Below are positions 47,979 to 61,627 of a stretch of 64,000 nt of DNA, one piece after another. The DNA comes from Azolla caroliniana (Eukaryota > Plantae > Polypodiophyta): assembly GCA_043228905.1 (NCBI GenBank), contig JBHGNT010000012.1, positions 2,728,001 through 2,792,000 of the forward strand, given 5' to 3'. Position 1 is the first letter of the stretch. Every line of letters begins with the position of its first letter. The translations under genes and the position numbers were made by a program. The notes under the pieces were generated by a model. It was not told where the DNA came from, did no database searches, and saw only the letters and a program-made list of their open reading frames with translations.

Positions 47979-50900
47979 TGTTGAGCGGACAAGCTCAACA
48001 TGATCTAGATCGGCGGAATATGCCAAAGCCGGATTGTAATCTAGAACCAAGAGCCAGATCGAGGTGTGGATCAGTGCGAACCAGTAGGCCGTTAGAGGCC
48101 TACAATTCTAGCCTACTAGATAGGCATATTTTTAGGAGTTAGTGTTAGAGCTCAATTATGAGCATTGAAGTACTTGTCAGTACTTCTGTTAGTCCTTTTA
48201 AGAACTTGTATAAAAGTGCTCTCTGATCACATTTGATGTACATAGTATTGAGTATTATTTTTGAAATAGACTCTTCCGTGTTCTGCTCCCTCTTTATCTC
48301 TCTCGAGTACTCTCTGTGTATTTTAAGGTTTCCATTAAACCTTCGTTCTATTTTCTGTTGCTATCTGGCTGAGCTGGTTGTGTCTAAGAGCTTCCACATG
48401 TAACTCTTCACATGGTATCAAAGCGCAAGGGTGGAGAATCCTCTAATGCCGACATAAAGTACTTAGACAGACCAAAACCTAGCTTCTGGTAAAGAATAGA
48501 AAGAAAGAAGGAAAGAATGGACATAAGCATGCAAGCTCGCTTCCTACAAAAAAGCTCGACCAGAGCAACTACACATCTTGGTCATACAAGATGCACCAGT
48601 ACCTGTTGGGACATGACTACTGGAGTTACGTAGAAGGACCAAACGAAGTAGCGCCGGAGACGGCACACAAGGACTTCCCGATTTGGGAACAAGCATCGAG
48701 TACAATGTTATATTACCTCGAGTCTTGTGTGCACAATCAAATACTCGACTACATCAGAGATGCAAAAACATTGAAGGAAGCTTGGGATTTTCGCCGCCGG
48801 TACCATAGCCTGGAAGTTGCAACTCCGGCAAGAGCTCAACAACATCCGGCAAAGCGACATGTTGGTCACCGACTACACCACAAAGATAAAGAAGATCTAT
48901 GACGCACTAGGGTTCATCAACATGAAGGTGGACGAAGATGAGATGGTGCAGATCTGCCTCAGTGGTCTAGCGTAGAGGTACGAGCCAATCCAGACGGCGA
49001 TATGCACCCGAGAGAAGTCACCATCCTTCTTCAACTTGCAATCAATGTTGATGGTTGAAGAAAACCACATGTGTGGGTGAAGGACCACTCAATCGGAGAA
49101 CCAGATGATGTACATGGAGGCGGATTGACCCCGTGGGCATGGAGGATGAGGTGGATCGGCACGCAATAGTGGTGGCCGACAAGAGCAGGAAAGAAGGCAC
49201 AAAGGTGGTGCCGATAGCAATTCCGAACCCTCCCCAAGTAGGGGGAGTCAAGGTGACACCGGAAACCGACACGCAAAACCTGACACGGAATGTTGGTATT
49301 GTGGCAAGAAGGGCCACAAGGAGAGCGAGTGCTAGAAGAAGCGCGCCGATTTGGACAAATCCGGATCCTGCAAAGTCGAATCGTATATCGACTTATGGCA
49401 CAAGCAGATCGGCCACGTCAATTACCAAAGGCTTCAAGAACTACAATTGAAACAAGTGGTATTCGGATTCCCGAAATTTAGTGGCCGGAAGGCCCAAATT
49501 TATGAAGCCTGCCACCTTGGGAAGCCACATTGACTTCCATTCTCCAACGAGCAAAACTAGAGCGTGATACATTCAGATGTTTGGGGATCAGAACAGAATG
49601 TAAGTCTTGGTGGGAGTCGATACTTCGTATCTTTCATCGACGGCTACAGCCGACACACGTGGATCTACCTCATCGAGAAGAAAAGCGAAGTATTCGACTA
49701 TATTTGGAACCTGAAAAACCTTGTCGAAAGGGAAACGGAGAGGAAGCTAAAGTGCTTGCAGTCGGATGGCAGAAAAGAATACATTTCCGGCCAATTCAAC
49801 TATTATTTGTAGCATATGGGAATTTAGAGAGAATTTAGTTGCAGATATATGCCGGAGCAAAACGGTGTAACCAAGAGAAAGAATCGGTCAATTGTGGAAG
49901 CGGCACAGGCAATGCTGGAGGAGAAGAGCATGCCCAAATTCTACTCAGCCAAAGCGGTCCGAACCGCGGTCTATATCCAAAATTGGATCGAGGAGAAGGT
50001 GTCAGACATGAGTTGTATTTCGGACAGACGCCGAACTTAGGACACCTGAGGGTATTCGAGAGTATTGCCTATGTGCATGTGTCCGACAAGAAGCGAGGAA
50101 GCTGGACCCAAAGTTGGAGAAGTGTATTTTAGTCGGCTACTCACATGTGCAGAAGGGGTATAAGTGTTATAACCCCCGAACAAAAGAAGTCTAAGTGAGC
50201 CAAGATGTCGAATTTGATGAGTCGGCATCATGGTACTCTTTACCGACTCCAACTCCGACTCCCAACAACTCCGACCACCCGATCACTGAGAATAAGGCCA
50301 GCGAACCCGACATGATTCGACAAGAAAAAGAAAAAGAAAACTTTGGTACTCTAGAAGAGAGTCCAATCTCATTCCGGCTGAGTGGGCCGAATGAGAGACA
50401 GAGTCGGATCGACCAGTCACATAAAGAGCCGACGAGTGGTGAGAACTTGATCGTGCACTCCCTGCACAAGGAACCGAGGAGACGGTTCACGCGTAAAGAG
50501 AAGGGGAAGAAGAAGATGTCGTAGTATGCCACAGACAAGGAAGAGTCGGATCGGAGTGAATCTGACTCGGGAAAGAACGAACACGGAACTTCGGAAATGA
50601 AGTCTGAGTCGGCCAAGAGGGCCCTCAAATCGGCGAATCAGAAGCTACGCCGATTTACCCACCAAAAGAACCTTGTGATCCGGTATGGACATAATGAGTA
50701 CATGGTGCACCATTATGTGTACATGACAAAGGTGGCGGAAGTGCGTGAGCCGGAGAGCTATGCAGAAGCGGCAAAGGACACGAACTGGCACCCGATGCCA
50801 ACGACACATGGGACCTGGTTGACCCTCCCCGACACTGCAAACCGATTAGCTGCAAATGGGTGTATAAGGTAAAATACAACATTGACGGTTCAGTCAACTA

Positions 50901-53900
50901 GTACAATTCCCGAATGGTGGCCAAGGGATATGCATAGACCCACAGAATCGAGTACGACAAGACCTTCAAACCGGTAGCGAAGATGACGACGGTCAGTGTG
51001 GTGGTGGCAGTCGCAGCAGCGACGGGGTGGCTTCTCCACCAAATGGATGTGAAGAATGTGTTTCTTCAAGGAGACCTTGAAGAACAAGTGTATATGCTCC
51101 AACCCCCCGGATTGCAGTCGGAGATGAACAAGTCGACAATGTGCCAACTCAAGAAGTCACTTTACTACTTGAACCAAGCCCCCCCCTATACTTGGAATTC
51201 GAAGATAACACACCGGTTGTGTAAGATGGGGTTTGCGGCCTCCAAGTCCGACTCTTCACTATTCATTCAGAACGGTCCAAAAGATCCGGTGTGTATCTTA
51301 CTCTATGTAGACGACTTGGTTGTCACCGGACCCGACCTTGCTGAAATCGGCCGAGTGAAGTCCCAACTGCCAGGAGCATTTGAGATGAAGGACATGGGGG
51401 GACCTTCACTACTTCCTCGGGATCGAAGTGATCCACACCCCTGACAACATATTGTTGTCTCAACAACACTACCTTTTGAATATGTTGCTCAAATTCGGCA
51501 CGACGGATTGTCGACCAGTCTCAACACCCCTTGATTGGAATTTGAAGCTACGTCCCGACTCTAGAACGGCCTGCAACAAGAAACGGTTCCGAAAAATTGT
51601 CGAAAGCCTCATATACCTGACTATCACCCAACCCGACATTAGATATCCAGTCTGAGTGATTAGCCAATTCATGCAACGACAGACCATTGAGCACCTTCAA
51701 TGCGCGGGATTTGTACCAACACGGTGTCACGAAGATACAACAAAGACACGTGAACTTGAGGCAGAACCCCAAGGCCTCTTACTAGAGAATATCAGATTCA
51801 TGCGTTTACGCTTTATGAATTAACTAAAATGAGAAAATTTAGTATTTTTTCATTAGCAAAGAAAAGAAAATTACAATCTATCCCAAGATTGGGATTATAG
51901 AAGTTTTAGGCTTCTAGAGATTAAGCGATTATCATATTAGGGTTTTGTGGAATTTATGAGATATGTCTTAAATAAGAAAAATTAGGGTTTTTTTAGAGAT
52001 ATGGCTTCCTTAAGGAAAATTAGGGTTTTTCGAGGGATATGGCTTCGATAAGGAAATTTAGCGTTCTTGCATTATCGAGAGATAGCTTCGATAAGGAAAA
52101 TTATTAGGGTTCTTTTCCGAGATAGATTTTTCCTTCCCCTCTCTGAGAAAAAAATTTGCATCTCTCCTTTTCTCCCCCAGTTGCATGTGTCCACACATGA
52201 CCTTTACTTTAATTGCATTGCCTCTACGTTTCGTTGCATGCATCCACACATGACCTTTACTTTAGTTGCATGCGTCCACACATGACCTTTACTTTAGTTG
52301 CATGCGTCCACACATGACCTTTACTTTAGTTGCATGCGACACATAACCTTTACTTTAGTTGCATGCGTCCACACATGACCTTTACTTTAGTTTGGCCCAT
52401 GCATGATCCATATGGGCGACGTGCATCCCGACCGACCTGCGACCAATGCATGCATCTCAACCAACCCATGTGTCCTCCATCTTCTCAAACTTTATACTCA
52501 CATAACTTGATCCTTAGTTGTTTGTTTCATATGTAGTAAAATGTGTTTGGAAGCTCTTGAAGACGTCCACCTTTCCATACCAAGCCATTAAGCTAATATA
52601 AAATAATTATTTTATTATTTTTCATATCATCTGTGAAGAACCACACGACAACGGTATAATTGAAAAGTTAGTCGGTTATACAAATGTCAATTGGGTTGGT
52701 GATGCGTCGAATTGTCAATCAATATCTGACTTTATGTTTTCTCTTAGTAGCATGGTTGTTGCATGGAGTAGCAAGAAGCAGCTAGCAGTGGCTCTATCGA
52801 GCACGGAAGCTAAGTACCGTGGAGCTACCATCACCACCTGTGAAGCCATTTGGCTTCGGCGGCTACTACAAGACCTTCGGATCGAAGTGCCGACTCTGAT
52901 CCCGATCTACTGCGATAACATAAGTAGCATGTAGATGGCCAAGAACCCCATGTTCCATGATCGCACAAAGCACATCGAAGTACATTATCACTTCGTGCGC
53001 GAACGGGTCCTGAGCGGTGAAGTCGAACTCCGATATGTTCGAACTGATCGGCGGTAGGTTGCCAACATCTTCACCAAGCCACTTGAATCGGAAAAGTTGC
53101 AGTACTTTTCAGAGATGCTTGGGCTACAACATCTCGACGTGTCGCACTTGAGGGGGAGAACCAGAACAGGAACCCGGAGAACAGGTAAAGGCACTAGAGA
53201 AGTAGCCAAAGAGAAGGAGAACGAAACCATAATAGGGGGAGACAAGGAGAAAAAGGGAGCCAAGTCGACTAAAGAAGTCAGCACATCCGATAAATTCAGA
53301 ACAAGCGGCAGAGTCAAGAAGGACAAAGCCAACAGGAAGATAAAAGCCAAGACCCGAACATGGTCTGATGTGGTGAAGGGCTAATTCGAACAAGAGTGGG
53401 AACGAATCAGAGGCACCCGATTCGGTTGAACAGTTCGATTCGGAGGAGCCAAATCACGTGAAAACCAAACGGACGAGAAGGCAGTGGAAGTCGATGCGGA
53501 CATGGAGGAGCCAATGGGTCGAGAAGCGCCAAAGTCACAACAGCGAAGGAGTTGAGATGGGTCTTCTGAGCAGACAAGCCAAACGACAAGGTCGAGTTGC
53601 GTGGAACCGGATGGGTCATGAAAAGAGGAACCGGACGGGTTGAGGTGCGCGAGCAAGGCGTGAAGACGCCAGGAGAAGCCGGAGGCAAGGACCGGCAACG
53701 ACAAACACCACTATCCGACCTCAAGTTGAGCTTGAGGGGGAGTGTTGAGTGGACAAGCTTAACATGATCCGGATCGAGGTCCGGATCAGCGCGAACAGAT
53801 AGGCCTTTAGAGGCCTACGATCTTAGCCTAGTAGATAGGCATATTTTTAGGAGTTAGTGTTAGAGCTCAGTTATGAGCATTGAAGTACCTGTCAATACTT

Positions 53901-54058
53901 TTTTCAATCCTTTTAAGGACTTGAATAAAAGTGCTCTCTAAGCACATTCGGTGTACATAGTATTGAGTATTATTTTTTAAATAGACTTTTCTACATTCTG
54001 GTCTCTCTCTGTCTCTCCCACGTACTCTCTGTGTATTTCAAGTTTTCCATTAAACGTT
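47979..54058 (+). mobile_element. Decayed Copia element B (relative of Copia A)
   Basis: 5' LTR 47979-48412, PBS TGGTATCAAAGC at 48413, and a 3' LTR from 53743 truncated at ~54058. The protease region is deleted near 49370. Confidence 0.88.
51725..52650 (-). mobile_element. Solo LTR related to the Trp-primed Gypsy families
   Basis: TG...CA ends, ACGG duplicated on both flanks, and a minus-strand end GGTTCTGCCT...CTTCGTGACA resembling 31463-31506. It contains 32-bp tandem repeats at ~52180-52392. Confidence 0.75.
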
Positions 54059-55064
54059 TGTTAGGATTGTGACTGGCCACCGGCTGGTTTCTCATAGTCG
54101 ACAGTACACAAACAAAACAAGCGTTTAAATTATGAGTAGCATTTTATGGAGTTAAATGTTTTTTTCATGGATGATGGTATTATCAAGGTCTCTTGTTTAG
54201 GTAGACAACAAAATTGAGTTGAGAAGAGAAATCTAAATAACTTCTTCTTCCCCTTCATTGGAAGTAGTTTCCACGATTTGTGTCATTTTAATTGTTGGTT
54301 TAAGGTGTCCAAGTTAATAACAACATTATTTTTTGTATAAATATTGATTTGCCATTCCTTTTCCCATTCGTCTAGTTGACCTTCATCACTATGAATTAAC
54401 TATGTACATTATTTTGATACACTACAAGTTCAAACCTATCCTTTACAATATTAAAGCCTAGATTATAATACTACCCTCCATTAAATTGAACAGGCACACT
54501 ACATATCCCTTATTTTGATGTGATTTGTATGCTTGATTGCACACACTACACTCAATTCATTATAATAATAATAAATCAATGTATCATACATTTTATAAGG
54601 GAAACTTAAAAAAATTCTCATAACACACCATGCAACAATAATTTGTTTGACATGCTAGGTTGGGCCCTAGTGTCACGGACAAGTAGACGAGGCTCAATAC
54701 TAAGAGAGTGAGAAAGAGATCATAGACAAGATAATAAGAAAGAGAGAGAGAAAGTAGTCAAGAGAACAAGAACTGAATTATGATTCCGTACCTGGTGTTG
54801 TTCACCTTGACTAAGGCTAGGGTGAACCCCTCTATTTATACATGTTTATGGGCTCTAAATGCAGCCCCATGCAAAGACTCATTTTCATGCACAAAATTCT
54901 AGAATGTTCTAGCTTCTGGAGCCTTCTGGAAGCTTCTATAATCCTACAATAATCTAGTAAGGTAACATGATTATGTATTGGATGTATTAGTTAAAACGTA
55001 TCCATTAAATACAGTAGGTCAAGAGTTCGAATCATGACATGACTGTTGTCATGTCCATGACATT

Positions 55065-58000
55065 ATCCCCCTACTAAGGCCGCCTCTAAAGATGCCTCCT
55101 CGGTTTTTGTGGATATTGGTGATGAAATGCATGAACAACATCCGGTGCATTCTCCAAGTGTTGCGTTGGTTCCCAAGTTGCCTCTGAAATGGGATACCCT
55201 TTCCATAAGACTAAGTATCGAAGTTGTCGTCAATGCCAACGAGTGTCCAGAATCTTGTCCACCTCATACTCCTCACCTGTGGAAAGCTCAATTGGAGGTG
55301 GAGGTGGAGAGTGTCCTCCAAGAATGTGGATGGATGATAAGGTTCGAGAAGAGAGGCCTGGAAGACATTATGAATTCGGAAATGTGGAGGAAGTTCTAGC
55401 CGGAAAGTGTGATGGGATTGACACACTCAATGATGCGGAAAGCCCCCAACTTCTTGTAATCCAACTTTCCGCAAGGTTGAGTAGTATCGACATGGCGACG
55501 TAAGAGCCAAACTTGATCACCAACTCCAAAGGCGGGTGTGGCGGAATGATGTCGATTAGCTTGCGCTTTATACCGGTCCCTTGCAAGGATGAGTTCGAGG
55601 GAGAGGTCTTGATGAATGTCAGCTAAAATACGAGCACGTCCTCTTGGTGACGGGTTGATAGAGTTGTTAGGGATGGAAATACTGAAGCGAGGATGGAAAC
55701 CATAGTTGGAGAAAAAGGGGGTGACCCTAGTTGAACCATGTAGCGTATTATTATATGTGAACTCTGCCAAGGGTAGGAGGTCAACCCAATCATCGTGCTA
55801 GTAGCTAAGCGAGCATCGAAGATATTGCTCAAGAATTTGGTTCACCCGCTCCGTTTGGCCATCGGTTTGAGGATGATAGGACAAAGAAAAATTCACTGTT
55901 GTGCCCAATGTTTGAAGGAGCCGCCGCCAAAAATGAGAGACAAATTGGGGTCCGTGATCTGAGGTGACATCATCTAGGACCCCATGAAGCCGCACCACAT
56001 TCTTTAAAAATAGATCGGTTGTTGCTTCTGCTAAAATAGTCTTTGCACAAGGGGCAAAATGAGCCATCTTTGTAAACTGATCTACCATGACGAGCATTGT
56101 GTCATATTCGTGGACAAGAGGCAAGTCAGTGATGAAATCCATGGAAATTGATGCCCAAGGCTGATTGGGAATGGCAAGTGGTTGGAGCAAACCATATGGC
56201 CTATGGTGGACGACTTTGGATCTAGCACAAGTATCACATGTCTTGATGAATTCCTTGACAAACTTCCATGGTTGAGGCCACCAATATCCTCGTGAGATTA
56301 ATTCGAATGTCTTTGTAACGCCAAAATGACCAACCAAGGGGTCACCATGACACTTTTGGAGAACTTGAGTTCGACATCGTCCCTCCGGAACATATAAGAG
56401 TTGGTCTCAGTATATCAATCCCCCCTCAAATCTGAAGTAGGCAAGGTCTTCCTTGGTCTTGGATTTAGACGGATCAATAAGACCTTCCTGAATTGCATTG
56501 GCGAATTTGTCGGTGGGAAGTGCTTTGGCTATCTCCTCAAGCAAAGAGTCGTCATGGAGCATGCATGTGGCGAAGAGTTGGAATTGATCTGGTTTAAACA
56601 AACATTGAGATTGTTAAGCATAGGCATCATCCCTTGGGCTCAACTCAAAATCCGACCGTCGTGAAAGAGCATCAACCTTAATGTTTTGTGCCCCTGGCCG
56701 AAAGACAATTTCAAAGTCATAGTTGGCTAAGAAAGATGACCAACAGGCCTACCACTGATTCAAAGTACGGGTTGTTGAGAAATACAATAAATTTTTATGA
56801 TTTGTTAATACCTGAACCCGATGTTGCACCCCAGCCAAGTAAGGTCTCCACTCCATGAAAGCTACCACTATAGCCGCGAGCTCTGTGTCGTAGATGGGAT
56901 AGCTTATTTCTGGAGCTGTGAATTTTCGGGAGTAGTATGCCACTGGATGTAGGATGCCATCATCATTGGGTTGGGATAAGATGGCACCAATGGCAAAGTC
57001 AGAGGCATCTGTTTCAACTTGAAAAGGCTTAGTAGGGTCGACGTAAAGCGGGACTGGAGCCCGTGTAAAAACTTCCGTGAGTAGGTCGAACGTGTGTTGA
57101 GTAGATGGAGTCCATCAAAACGACATCCCTTTACAAGTAACCTCAATCAAGGGTTGGACTATGAAGGAGAACCCCTTGATAAATCGTCGATAAAAATTTG
57201 CGAAACCAAGGAACGACTGGACATCCTTTACTCGTTTTGGAGTGGCCCATTCTTGAATTGTCTCGATTTTCCTTGGATCCATGGTGATGCCCTGGGGGGA
57301 GATAACATAACTAAGAAATTCTATGGAATTGCAATCAAACTCACATTTTTCTCTCTTGGCATAGAGGCCATGCCCCCTGAGTTTCGAGAGAATCAATCGA
57401 ACGTGCTGAGTATGCTCTTCAATGCTCGACGAGAAGACAAGAATGTCATCAAGGTAGATAACAACAAAGTGATCGAGATATTCTCGAAATATGTCGTTCA
57501 TCATATGTTGAAAAACAGTTGGAGCATTGGTGAGTTCAAACGGAATTACCTTGTACTCGAAGTGTTCGTATTGCGTACGAAATGCCATCTTCCATTCATC
57601 ACCAGGTTTAATCCGAACCAAGTTGTATGCTCCCCACAAGTCAATCTTGGAGAAGACTTGTGCACAACGAAGGCGATCGAGGAGCTCTGGGATGAGAGGT
57701 AAAGGTTATCGATTACGTACCGTGTTTTTATTGAGGCCACGGTAATCCACACATAGATGCAACGATCCATCCTTTTTCTTCACAAACAAGATGGGGGGGC
57801 CAGCTGGTGACTTAGATGGTTGGATGAAGCCCTTCTCCAAATTTTCATCGAGATAGGTACAAAGAGCCTCTAGTTCTGGTTCAAAGAGACCATAGATGGG
57901 CCCAAAGAGTGGAGATATACCCTCCTATAGATCGATTGGACAATCATGCGGTCGATGCTCTGGTAAGTGATATGCATTCTTCTTCTCGAACACATCAGCA

Positions 58001-59196
58001 AAGTCACCATATTTGGATGGAAGCAAGTCCAGATTGGCTTTCATAGGAACCAAAGCTAGGATACTTGACTCTGAGTCATTGCCCATTTAGATGGAGTGCA
58101 TTGTGACTGGGGCATGAGCATCCGAGTGCATTGGTCCGAGTTGAATGGAGGAGTGCTCAACAAAAAATGATTCGGGCCATTCTGACACAACGACATTGGA
58201 AGCCGCTCCAACCTCCATGTGACTTTGTGGTTGAAAAGTAAGTGAGTGGTTGTGCCGATCTATAACAGGGCTATTCTCTTTCAACCAAGACAACCCAAAT
58301 ATGATTGGATGCCGCGGTGAAGTGATGAGGTAAAATGATAAGGCCTCTTGATGGGTCCCGAGCTGCAAAATGAGGGTGACCGTGGCTTTGGTGACTTCGC
58401 TAGAGGAGAGCATTTGCCCATCGATAGCTTCGACTGGGATAGGCTTGGACAACCGAACAACAGGAAAGTTGTGTTTACGAATTAGCAATGGGCGCGGTTC
58501 GGTTTCGGTTCGGTTCGGTTTCAAGGCAAAGAAACCGAACTGAACCGAAACTGAACCGTTTATTTAAAACAAAAACTAAACCAAACCATTTAAGAAATAG
58601 TTGAAACAAAACCATTTAAAACCAAACTATTTAGGGAAAAGTTGAAACCAAACCGAACCATTTAATAAAAAATTTAAACCTAACCACTTAAATTAAACTA
58701 ATTAAACATCTAAATAAACAAAAATACATTAAATTAAATAAGCATTTAAGTTAAATTTATTAAATCAATAAAAAACCATTAATTAAACCATTAAATCAAT
58801 AAACTATTAAGGTAAAACAAAAGTTAACCAAAAACCTATCAACCTTTAAACCAAACCTATAAACCTGAGTTTTAGAATCGAACCGAACTGAAACCGAACC
58901 GTTTATAAAAGATCCAAACCATTATAATTTTTTGGAACCAATAAACCGTTAAACCATGGCTTAACGGTTCGGTTCGGTTTGAGCTGAAACCGTGCCCATT
59001 GCTATTTACGAACGAACGTTTCGTCCATAAAACACGTCATGGCCCCGAAAACGAGTAGCGCTAAGGATTGAATTGAAATAGACTGGAAACAGAGAGTTAC
59101 CTCGAAGGAAAAGTTGTTAGTAGAACTTGGGGAGCAGCATGTATGTATGTTGTCCAACCGCATGGCTCCTATTGTAGTTGGACATCATCGTTTTCC
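55065..59196 (-). pseudogene. pol pseudogene of the second chromovirus
   Basis: YLDDILV, SMDFITDLP, HPQTDGQTER and a chromodomain remnant; several stops and frameshifts. Confidence 0.9.
58482..59004. mobile_element. hAT-type MITE in the protease region
   Basis: TIR TAGCAATGGGC/GCCCATTGCTA, 8-bp TSD TTTACGAA, and AACCG subterminal repeats. Removing it restores MDETFVRKHNFP. Confidence 0.88.
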
Positions 59197-60599
59197 GAAT
59201 GTTGGGACCCAATAGTTGGATTGTCCCAATACACTTGTTGCGAATTTCTTTTGAGTGGGCAAAAACGAATTAGATGGGTCGAGGCGCCGCAATATAGACA
59301 CGGCCCATTGGTTCGTCGATGGTGTCATTCAGCTTAGGTGAGTGGGGCTCAAGCTCGATCAATTTCCATCGGCATAGGATCATTGAACGATGTCGTAGGA
59401 GAAGATCTCGCAGTCACCTGGGGTTGTACCATAGGTTTAACGTGGAGAAAGGGCAACAACTTGGAAGTCACTCGTTCCTCTTGTCGAAATTCAAAAAGGC
59501 AGTTGTCACAACTGATTGCTTACTTGATGGCTTGCAATAATGAAGTCGGCTCTGGGAAGTTTAGTAGTAGATTCTTAACATCACTTCGAAGGCCCCAATG
59601 AAAATGGTCGCAAAGGGCTTGGTCGTCCCACTGAACATCACATGCCAATTGTCTAAATTTAGATGCATAAACAGACACTGGACACTTACCTTGATGTAAT
59701 GAATAGAGTTTGGTAAGGCTTGTTCGACGCCAATTTGTATCCCCAAATATCGGCATAGGATCATTGAACGATGTCGTTGGAGAAGATCTCGTTGTCACCT
59801 GGGGTTGTACCATAGGTTTAACGTGGAGAAAGGGCGACAACTTGGAAGTCGCTCGTTCCTCTTGTCAAAGTTCAAAAAGGCATTTTTCACAACTGACTGC
59901 TTGCTTGATGGCTTGCGATAATGAAGTCGGCTCCGGGAAGTTTAGTAGTAGATTCTTAACATCACTTAGAAGACCTTGACGAAAATGGTCGCAAAGGGCT
60001 TGGTCGTCCCACTAAACATCACATGCCAATTGTCTAAATTCAGATGCATAAACAGACACAGGACGCTTACCTTGATGTAATGAATAGAGTTTGTTAAGGC
60101 TTGTTCGACGCCGATTTGTATCCCCAAATGTCGCCTCGAACTCTTCTAGGAAAGCAAAAAAATTGTCGAGAAGTGGCGATGATGTTTCGACCAAAGGTGC
60201 AAACTAGCTTTGTGCAGCTCCCGTGAGGAGATTCCCAATGAGGCCAACTCGGCAAAAGTCATTCGCATATCTTTGGGGTTGTAGCTGGATAATAAGCTTG
60301 ATCTGATTTATGAACCCTCGGAATTGCGCCCTTGTGCCATCGAAGTTGTCAAGTAAACTAACATTGGGTTCTATAGTTGAAGTGGGGTGAAGAGGAATTG
60401 GAGCGAGGATTGACGAGGGGCCAAGCTCTATAGATTGGAGATTCTTTGATGTAGGAGGGCACTTGGGTTCTTCATTCTCCAAATCCATTGGAGTCCTAAC
60501 TTGGAGTTTTTTGAGAGATTCCCGAAGATTCTCATTTTCAAGTTGAAGTTGATGCATGGCTGCCAATAGTTGATTTATGTTCTCGGTAGAATCTGACAT
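59169..60599 (-). pseudogene. gag pseudogene of the second chromovirus with a 381-bp internal tandem duplication
   Basis: FDGTRAQFRGFINQ, LHQG and PMEID motifs. Duplicated units at 59368-59748 and 59749-60129. Confidence 0.88.
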
Positions 60600-61627
60600 G
60601 ATGAGGCTTTGGAGATGGAAGGTGAACAAAATGTCACGGACAAGTAGACGAGGCTCAATACTAAGAGAGTGAGAGAGAGATCATAGACAAGATAATAAGA
60701 AAGAGATAGAGAAAGTAGTCAAGAGAACAAGAACTGAATTATGATTCCGTAACTGGTGTTGTTCACCTTGACTAAGGCCAAGGTGAACCCTTGTATTTAT
60801 ACATGTTTATGGGCTCTAATGTAGCCCCATGCAAAGACTCATTTTCATGCACAAGCTTCTAGAATGTTCTAGCTTCTGGAGCTTGTTGGAAGCTTCTAAA
60901 ATCCTAGACATAGAATAGATAATCTACAATAATCTAGTAAAGTAACATGCTTATGTATTGGATGTATTGGTTAAAATATATCGATTAAATACAGTAGATC
61001 AAGAGTTTGAATCATGACATGATTATAGTCATGTCCATGACACCTAGTTTTATATCATGAGTATGCAACAAAAGAATTTGGATAAGTGTTGCAATCACGT
61101 ATAGATGTTTAAACTTTTAATGGGGAAAGTTCTTCTTGGAATCCTTTTCGGCTACTAAATGTACATCCAAGTTGTAATCAATCATTCCAAGTTGTGTCCC
61201 TTTTGGATTAGAGGAGGTAGAATGAAAGATTTTTAGGCATGAAACTAGATTGATGATGAGTTAAACTAATTTATTTTCCAAGCAGACTTTACGAGAGACT
61301 ATCAAAAACTTTTGGAAGGGATCATATAGTTTCATTGAAATCAATTTCATAGAAATTCTCTTTTGCTAATATTTTTAAAACAACAACTACTCACACCTAG
61401 AAAATCTATTCCATGATTGGTAACCCAATGTATAATCACTTCATTCTAGGGCTATAACAATCTACCCCTCGCCCTCACATAGGGGTTGCAAGAGGAATAC
61501 AAGTGTTTTTGGATGTCCAACCCAACAACCTCTACTTCTTTCAATGGGAGATTTACACAAATGTGACGATTAGCTCTGAGAATATTGATAAAATCCTTTC
61601 TAGTTTATGGAATAAATTGTATCCACA

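Larger units (their letters stand above)
54671..61042 (-). mobile_element. Decayed chromovirus, second Tcn1-like family
   Basis: LTRs at 54671-55062 and 60632-61042, TSD CCTAG, PPT, and gag/PR/RT/RH/IN/chromodomain fragments with stops. Confidence 0.95.

Noticed and set aside
52180-52392. 32-bp repeat array resembling CRISPR
   Set aside because: Head-to-tail repeats without unique spacers, inside a solo LTR, with no cas genes.
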